DNA from: Malacoraja senta
Lineage: Eukaryota
NCBI GenBank assembly: GCA_038087875.1
Contig: CM075989.1
Span: 1,860,001 to 1,924,000, forward strand
Direction of reading: 5' to 3'
DNA length: 64,000 nt
Part shown: piece by piece, positions 55,605-64,000 of the stretch
Numbering within the stretch: the stretch's first letter is position 1
Layout: the number at the start of each line of letters is the position of its first letter
Position numbers and translations under genes: made by a program
Notes under the pieces: generated by a model
The model's input: only the letters and a program-made list of their open reading frames with translations
The model's database searches: none
Told to the model about the DNA's origin: nothing

Positions 55605-56110
55605 ATGCCTGCCGCCATAATGGGGGATGGACTCTCGCTGGCTCTCCACTCTGCACTGGACCACTTAGACAATGAAAACACATACGTCAGGCTGTTGTCC
55701 ATCGACTACAACTCAGCGCTCAACACCATCATCCCCTCCAGACCTGTAACTAACCTCAGGGAACGAACTGGGCCTCTGCGCGTCACTTTGCACCTGGGTC
55801 CTTGACTTCCACATCAACAGAACACAATCAGTATGAATTGGCAGCAACTTCCTCCTCGATAACCCAGCACAGAGGCACCTCAAGGCTGTGTGCTCAGCCC
55901 CCTGCTCTACTCACTCTATACCCATGGATGTGAAGCAGCTCCAACATCATTTTAAAATTCACCAACGACACCACTGTAGTTGGACAAATGACAGATAATG
56001 ACGAGTCAGAGTATAGGGGGCGATAGCTGTCTGATTGAAGGGTGCCAGAGTAACTACTTTGCTCACAACATCAGTAAAACCAAGGAACTGATTGTTGACT
56101 TGAGAAGTGG
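55605..56110 (+). mobile_element. Older Rex1/Babar RT fragment
   Basis: ALDHLDNENTYVRLLSIDYNSALNTIIP and PQGCVLSPLLYSLY motifs. Confidence 0.75.
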
Positions 56111-56487
56111 AACTACTCCAAGTGGGGTCCCAGACAGAACAATGAAATTCTTACTTGCAGCAGCACAACAGAATATGTAAACAGAGTATATACTAAATCA
56201 TTCAGTGAGAAAGTGCGACTGTGCTGGGATAAAATCATTTCTTCAGAGGGGATTCTGGGGCTGCGAGGTACTCTGTTATGAGGGAAAGCTTTAGCACGAT
56301 AACCACAGCAGGAGTTTGCTGATTTTATCCTGTGGGACCTCGCTGTATCTCAGCGTTCTACCGGGAGACAGGGTGTGCAACAATTGGGAATGTTGAACTG
56401 CATTTATTGTTCGCCCTGTCTGGACAGCATGCTTAATGCTTACATACAAGTAGTGAAAGCATCGATGACCATACAGTTTACATCGGT

Positions 56488-57322
56488 GGGCGGCGCGACT
56501 CTCGTTTGCAGCGGCCTCTGCAGTCCGTCTGTCTTTTTATTATTTTTGTCTCGTTTTTATGTAGTTTTTATTTATTTTTTTGTCGGGGTATGTATGTGGG
56601 GGGGTGGGGGTAGGGGACTTTGAAATCTTTCCTCTGCACGTTGTCGTTGGGGCTGGGCAACGTGGAGCGGCCTCCAGCAGGAACGACCTGGGGCTTCCAG
56701 TTGCGGAGCTGCGGACTACTCACCGTCACGGGGCTGGCCGAGTCCGGAGCGGGAGGAGCTGCGGTGGAGACAATCGCTGCTGCTACCCAACCCCCGGAGA
56801 TTCGGAGGCTACAACCGCGGGTCTGGCGGACGGCAACACCGGAAGCCCGCGGGTCCCTGGTGGGAGACCGCTTTTCGGGGCTTCCGCAGCGGCGACTTCT
56901 CCCGCTCGAGTTGCGGGGTTGAAGAGCACCTGGAGCGGGGCTTTACATCGTCGCCCCGCGCGGCTTGGAATGGCCACCGGACTTTGCGAGCGCGCGCCGG
57001 GGCTCTAACACCAAGACCCGGTGCGCGACCTTGCATTAACCGCCGTGGCTTTAATGGCCGCGGGATAATCACCATCGCCCGCCGGGGGCTTTGACTTTGA
57101 CTCTGACATCGGGGAGGGGGGGTGGGGGGAGTGCAGTGGAGAGATACGTTTTTTTGCCTTCCATCACAGCGCTGTGATGGATGTATGTGTAAATTGTGTT
57201 GTGTCTCGGGGCTTCTTCGTTTTGTAATGTATGGCTGCAGAAACGACATTTCGTTTGGACCTCAACGGGGTCCAAATGACAAATTTGTCCAAATGACAAA
57301 TAAATAATAATAATAATTGCAT
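56488..57322 (+). mobile_element. GC-rich non-coding retroposon with Rex1-like 3' end
   Basis: 7-bp TSD CATCGGT at 56481-56487 and 57323-57329. 3' end ATTTCGTTTGGACCTC...GGTCCAAATGACAAATAAA plus (TAA)n. No RT motifs. Confidence 0.7.
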
Positions 57323-57799
57323 CATCGGTTTGTGATGGACCAAGCCTCTACCAAGGACAGCATGGTGGCGCAGGGGTAGAGTTGCTGCCTTACAGCGTCA
57401 GAGACCCGGGTGCTGTCTGTACAGAGTTTGTACGTTCTTCCTGTGACCGCGTGGGTCTTCTCCAGGTGCTCCAGTTTCCTCCCACATTCACAAGATACAC
57501 AGGTTTATAGGCTAATTGGCTTCTGTAAACTGTCCCAAGTGTGTGTAAGATAAAACTAGTGTAAGGGTGACTGATGGTCGGTGCGGACTCGGTGGGACAT
57601 AGGGCTTGTTTCCACGCTGGATCTCTCAACTAAAGTAAAACTAAACCTACCTCTGATGCTGAGCAAAATGGTGTTGACCCTAATGCAGGAGAGACTTCCC
57701 CAGTGATAGATGAGCCAAGCGACTGGGTTGCAGGTGCAGGTGAATCCAGTTATCCACGGCAGGTTGTGCAGATCATGAGCATACATTGGATCAAATGTT

Positions 57800-58090
57800 T
57801 TAGTTTTTTTAGTTTAGTTTAGAGATAGAGCGACGAAACAGGCCCTTCGGCCCACCGAGTCCACACTGACCAGCGATCCCAGCACATTAACGTTTATACA
57901 TTTACCAAGCCAATTTAACAACATACCTGTATGTCTTTGGAGTGTGGGGGGAAAGCAAAAACTCACACGGTCACGGGGAGAACGTACAAACTCCGTACAG
58001 ATAGCACCAGTAGTCAGGATCGAACCTGGGTCTCTGGCGCTGCAAGCGCTGTAAGGCAGCAACTCTTCCGCTGCGCCACCGTGCCACCCC
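57800..58090 (-). mobile_element. HE1-like V-SINE
   Basis: Head CCGCTGCGCCACCGTGCCACCC on plus and (TTTAG)n tail. Confidence 0.8.
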
Positions 58091-59585
58091 GGACTGCGAC
58101 ACAGGAACCACAAACTCTATTCACTCTGGAAATTCAACCTACACTTCCCATCATGAGTCATGATTGTGTGTTTACTGTCCACAGACTTTGAGGCCGATCT
58201 CCAGCTCATTGTTCACTCTCTCATGTCTCGGACAAATGTCTCAGACAGAGGGACCATGTGTGTGAACGGATCATGATGTTGGGCAGTGAGGTGATCCAGG
58301 ACACACTCACAGGTCAGGGGGACTGCCCGCTGGGCTTGGCAGGGCCAGTGCAGTCTGTAGCCCAGACACTGCCGGCCCAGAGCCGCTGGCTGTAGCGCTG
58401 ATGAAGTAAGGAGACGATGAGGCCATCATAACAACAGATGTGTTTTAGTCGCTCCACATCTTCTCTCTGCGTTGTTAAACAGCATCAAAGAGGCCCTGGG
58501 CAGTGCGCACAGTACTTCTCGTGCTGTGATGAGGAGATTTCTCTTACGCAGAGGTTTATAAATGTCTGTGATTGTTTACTTCACGGGGCCGGTGAATGAT
58601 CAGTCACTGAGGATATTAAGAAACAGAAATAGATCGTGTAGGAAGGAAATGCAAATGCTGGCTTACACCGAAGATAGACGCAAGAAGCTGGTGTAACTCC
58701 AGGCAGGCCAGGCAACCTTTGTGGAGAAAAGGAATAGGTGACATTTCAGGTCAAGTCCCTTCCTCAGACTGAGATCTCTGGATGCAAAGAGAATGGGGGA
58801 AGTTGGGGATTACTGATCAAAGTGGGCATAGACCATGGTCTTATGAATCTGTAGAAGGGTGCCAACCCGAAACATCATCAAGCCATGTTCTCCAGAGATG
58901 TTGCCCGACACTGAATTACTCCAGCACTTAGCATCTGTTTCTGTAAAGCAGCTTCTGCAGTCTCCATGATGTTACCAACTAGCAAAGCAGTTTTGGGCAG
59001 CCTGATGCTCTCCCTGTCTCTCACTTGTTTCATCTGTACACAAGGCAGATTTTCAAAATGAAAACAGAAACATTTCCTAACTAGGATTCCTTTGTCCCTT
59101 CTGTTCTGGTAATCATCAAGTTAATAAACGCCCTTTGAAACTTCCTCCGGAGATCCCATGTCAGGTGAATGAGTCACTTGTCAGATTTAACGTTAATTCA
59201 CTTGGATAACAATCAACTATTTTTAGCTCCTGAATTAATTATTTTAATGTTCAAAGAAAGGTTTTGAATCATTTTTATCTTTCATCTGAAGCAACCAGTG
59301 GTCCCTTGAGTTCTCTCCGCCCCCTTGCCATCCCTTCTCTGCCCTGCACCAGTCGTGCCTTTACCATGCTCTGCACATTTCAGGCACTATTACCACATCC
59401 ATTCTGAACTAATGATGCAGCACTGATAGTATTGTAATGAAAGGAGCTAAATTGTAGCACAGTTCCTATAATTATCACATGGTTGAATGAGTGCCTCTTT
59501 GGGACTGAGAGACAATAACCACAAACTCTGATCACTCTGGAAATCCAACCTGCACTTCACATTGTCAACCATGACTGTGCGTTTA

Positions 59586-60528
59586 AGGGCCTGTCCCACT
59601 TACACCATTTTTTCGGCGACTTGCCAACACCCGTCATAGTCCCAGTAGGTTGCCGAAAAATTCAACATGTTGAAATTCCAGCGGCGACCAGAAAAAGGTA
59701 CGACTCTTTGGGCGACTACTCACGACCACACAGGCGTCACCCCGCGACCATGTCGACACTGTTTGGTCGTGATTGGTCCCCAAAGAGTTGGGATCAAGTG
59801 CATCATAGAAATATAGAAACATAGAAAATAGGTGCAGGAGGAGGCCATTCGGCCCTTTGAGCAAGCACCGCCATTCATTGTGATCATGGCTGATCATCCC
59901 CAATCAATAACCCGTGCCTGCCTTATCCCCTTATCCCTTGATTCCACTAGCCCCTAGAGCTCTATCTAACTCTCTCTAAAATCCATCCATTGATTTGGCC
60001 TCCACTGCCCTCTGTGGCAGGGAATTCCACAAATTCACAACTCTCTGGGTGAAAACGTTTTTTCTCACCTCAGTCTTAAATGGCTTCCCCTTTATTCTAA
60101 GACTGTGGCCCCTGGTTCTGGACTCGCCCAACATTGGGAACTATTTTCCTGCATCTAGCTTGTCCGGTCCTTTTATAATTTTATATGTTTCTATAAGATC
60201 CCCCCTCATCCTTCTAAACTCCAGTGAATACAAGCCTAGTCTTTTCAATCTTTCCTCATATGACAGTCCCGCCATCCCAGGGATCAATCTCGTGAACCTA
60301 CGCTGCACTGCCTCAATCACAAGGATGTCCTTCCTCAAATTAGGAGACCAAAACTGTACACAATACTCCAGATGTGGTCTCACCAGAGCCCTATACAACC
60401 ATCATTGGAGGCGTTTTGGAAACTAAGGAATAAACCAAAAGAGACATGTTGAACATTTTCAGCAACCTGCTGCGACAATGCGAGTGCTAGCAAGTCGGCG
60501 AAACAATTGCGTAAGTGGGACAGGCCCT
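59586..60528. mobile_element. Harbinger-type MITE with nested CR1 3' fragment (~59805-60398, minus)
   Basis: Perfect TIRs AGGGCCTGTCCCACTTAC / GTAAGTGGGACAGGCCCT. TSD TTA at 59583-59585 and 60529-60531, supported by an empty paralogous site near 58172. Confidence 0.85.
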
Positions 60529-60989
60529 TTACTGTCCACAGACTTAGTGGCCGATCTCCAGCTCATTGTTCACTCATTCAATAGGATGATGATGAACATA
60601 CAAGGCATGATCACAAGTTAGTGGCATCGTAAGTGACAAAGATGGTTGTCCAAATATTGCATGAAATCTTGTTCAGTTGAACAGGTGGCTAAGAATGGTT
60701 AATGGATTTTAATACAGAAAATGCCAGCTGTTGTCTTTTGTGAAGTCAAAATAGGTTTAAGATAGTTATGGATAGGGACAAAGAGGGCCCTCGTGTTAAA
60801 TTGCTCAGGTAGACACAAAATGCTGGGTAACTCAGCGGGTCAGGCAGCAGCTCTGGAGAGAAGGAATGGGCGACGTTTCGGGTCGAGCCCCATCATCAGA
60901 CCCGAATGCTCAATTGGCATGCCAACTTTGAGGTTATGAGAGAAGGTCTCGCTCAAGTTGAGGATATGTACGCTCAGGATATGCTCCTG

Positions 60990-62362
60990 AGAAAGACAGG
61001 AGAAAGACAGTAGGATGGAGGAACTTGGGGAGGTCAATGCAAGGGTCTTGAGAGCAGTCAGTGTTACAGTCAAAGAGATACTGAAGATACTGTCATGTAT
61101 GAAGGTAGACAAATCTCCAGGGCCTGATCAGATATATCTGAGTACATTGTAGGAAACCAGAGAGCCCTGATTGAAATTTACAAATTGTCTTTAAGTACAG
61201 GAGAGGTGACGGAAGACTGGAGGGTGGCAAATGTTGTTCCTCTTTTCAAGAAGGGCTGCAGGGGAAATGCTGGGAACTATAGGCCAGTGAGCTTAAGAAC
61301 TGTGGATGGAAAGTTACTCAAGATTATTCTGAGGGATAGGTTATACAGTCATGTGGATGGGCAAGGGCTGATTAGGGATGGTCAGCATGGTTTTGTACGT
61401 GGGAGGTCGTGTCTCACAAATCTGATTGAATTTTTTGAAGACGTGACCAAAAAGGTTGTTGAAGGCAGGGTTGTAGATGCTGTATATATGGACTTCAGCA
61501 AAGCATTCAACAAGGTTCCTCATGGTAGGCTGCTCTGGAAGGATAGATTACTTGGGATCCAAGGAGAGATAACTGAATGGATAGAAAATTGCTTTATGAA
61601 AGGAAGCAGAGGGTAATGGTGGAAGGTTGCTTCTTGGACCGGAGGCCTGTGACTAGTGGTGTGCCTCAGGGCTCAGTGCTGGGCCCATTACTTTGTCATC
61701 TAAATCAATGATTTTGAGGAGAAAATAGTTGGCAAGATTAGCAAGTTTGCTGATGATGCAAACGTGGGTGGTTTTGCAGATAGTTAAGAATGTTGTGAAA
61801 GATTGAAGCAGGTTCTGGATCGATTGGCCTGGTGGGCTGAGGAATGGTTGATGGAATTTAATACAGAGAAATGTGAGGTGTTGCATTTTGCAAAGTATAA
61901 AATGGGCAGGACCTTCACAGTGAATGGCAAGACTCTGGGTAGTGTTGTAGAGCAGAGGGATCTAGGAGTACAGGTGTATGGTTCCTTGAAGATGGAGTCA
62001 CAGGTAGACATCGTGATCAAAAGGTATTTTGGCACATTGGCCCTTCATCAGTCATAGTATTGAGCATAGAAGTTGGGAGGTCATGTTGCAGTTGCATTTA
62101 GTGTTGTGTTCAGTTCTGGGCATCATGTTATAGGAAAGATGTTGTCAAGCTGGAATTGGTACAGAGAAGATTTACGAGGATGTTGCCAGGACTAGAGGGC
62201 TGAAATATAGGGAGAGGTTGAGTAGGCTGGGGACTCTATTCCCTGGAGCTCAGTGAGGATGAGGGGAGATCTTATACAGGTGTATAAAATAATGAGAGGA
62301 ATAGAGCGGGTAGATGCACAGAGTCTCTTGCCCAGAGTAGGGGATCAGAGGACATAGGTTTA
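60990..62362 (+). mobile_element. Degraded CR1 LINE RT region
   Basis: WRVANVVPLFKKG, QHGFVRGRSCLTNL and YMDFSKAFNKVPH motifs. Confidence 0.88.
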
Positions 62363-62599
62363 ATAGACAACAGACAATAGACAATAGACAGTAAGTGCAG
62401 GAGTAGGCCATTCGGCCCTTCGAGCCCACACCGCCATTCAATGTGATCATGGCTGATTATCAACAATCAGTACCCCGTTCCTGCCTTCTCCCCATATCCC
62501 TTAACGCCGCTATCTTTAAGAGCTCTATCTAACTCTCCCTTGAAAGCACACAGAGAACCAGCCTCTACCGCCCTCTGAGGTCGATGAGTTGAACGCCGT

Positions 62600-64000
62600 A
62601 ATAAGGTCGATGAGTTGAACGTTGCAGATAGCAATTAATGATTATGATATAGTTGGGATCACGGAGACATGGCTCCAGGGTGACCAAGGCTGGGAGCTGA
62701 ACATCCAGGGATATTCAATATTCAGGATGGATAGAGAGAAAGGAAAAGGAGGTGGGGTAGCATTGCTGGTTAGAGAGGAGATTAACGCAGTGGAAAGGAA
62801 GGACATTAGCTTGGAGGATGTGGAATCGGTATGGGTAGAGCTACGAAACACTAAGGGGCAGAAAACGCTGGTGGGTGTTGTGTACAGGCCACCTAGCAGT
62901 AGTCGTGAAGTTGGGGATGGCATCAAACAGGAAATTAGAAATGCGTGCAACAAAGGGCAAAACAGTTATAATGGGTGACTTCAATCTACATATAGATTGG
63001 GTGAATCAAATTGGCAGGGGTGCTGAGGAAGAGGATTTCTTGGAATGTATGAGGGATAGGTTATCTAAACCAACATGTAGAGGAACCAACGAGAGAGCAG
63101 GCTATTCTAGACTGGGTATTGAGTAATGAGGAAGGGTTAGTTAGCAGACTTGTTGTGCGTGCCCCCTTGGGCAAGAGTGACCATAATATGGTTGAGTTCT
63201 TCATTAGGATGGAGAGTGACATTGTTAATTCAGAAACAACGGTTCTGAACTTAAAGAAAGGTAACTTTGAGCGTATGAGACGTGAATTGGCCAAGATTGA
63301 CTGGCAATTAGTTCTAAAAGGGTTGACGGTGGATATGCAATGGAAGGCATTTAAAGACTGCATGGATGAACTACAAAAATTGTTCATCCCAGTTTTGGCA
63401 AAAGAATAAATTCAGGGAAGGTAGTGCATCCGTGGATAACAAGGGAAATCAGGGATAGTATTCAAAGCAAAAGATGATGCGTACAAATTAGCCAGAAAAA
63501 GCAGCATACCAGAGGACTGGGAGAAATTCAGAGACCAGCAGAGGAGGACAAAGGGCTTAATTAGGAACGGGAAAATAGATTATGAAAGGAAACTGGCAGG
63601 GAACATAAAGACTGACTGCAAAAGGTTTTTATAGATATGTGAAGAGAAAGAGATTAGTTAAAACAAATGTAGGTCCCTTGCAGTCAGAAAAACAGGTGAA
63701 TTGATCATGGGGAACAAGGATATGGCGGACCAATTGAATAACTACTTTGGTTCCGTCTTCACTAAGGAAGACATAAATAATCTGCCGGAAATAGCAGGGG
63801 GCCGCGGGTCAAAGGAGATGGAGGAACTGAGTGAAATCCAGGTTAGTCGGGAAGTGGTGTTGGGTAAATTGAATGGATTAAAGGCCGATAAATCACCAGG
63901 GCCAGATAGGCTGCATCCCAGAGTACTTAAGGAAGTAGCTCCAGAAATAGTGGATGCATTAGTGATAATTTTTCAAAACTCTTTAGATTCTGGAGTAGTT
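62600..64000 (+). mobile_element. CR1 LINE ORF2 (APE endonuclease onward), running off the window
   Basis: DIVGITETWL, GGGVALLV, VGVVYRPP, IMGDFN, LGKSDH and KSPGPDRLHPRVLKE motifs, with several frameshifts. Confidence 0.9.

Noticed and set aside
54750..56110. Single Rex1 element with twin-priming inversion
   Set aside because: The two oppositely oriented parts overlap in element coordinates (both include the NDES region) and differ in decay, so they look like independent insertions.

Overview
Eukaryotic, repeat-dense genomic DNA, most likely from a cartilaginous fish. HE1-type V-SINEs paired with CR1 LINEs point to an elasmobranch, and skate/ray is an inference. The only host coding sequence I can support is two minus-strand exons of a Trk (NTRK) receptor tyrosine kinase, closest to NTRK3/TrkC: 21086-21326 (catalytic loop [11 protein letters not shown], activation loop YSTDYYR) and 1574-1732 ([11 protein letters not shown]...QLSNNE). 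They are joined in frame by a 19.35 kb intron. The rest of the window appears to be intron, filled with CR1, L2, Rex1/Babar and Penelope-like (PLE) retroelements, tRNA-derived SINEs, PIF/Harbinger-type MITEs, a solo LTR, a probable Helitron fragment and minisatellites. Most interesting: (1) a degenerate in-frame 33-bp tandem duplication of the activation-loop splice donor, at the junction where TrkC kinase-insert isoforms arise, now interrupted by a PLE insertion; (2) many PLE terminal repeats carrying a minimal hammerhead-ribozyme-like core, often as ~170-200 bp palindromes; (3) a Trk kinase sequence divergent enough from TrkC to question its orthology; (4) a GC-rich non-coding retroposon with a 7-bp TSD and a Rex1-like tail. 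Repeat boundaries are approximate unless a TSD is quoted.
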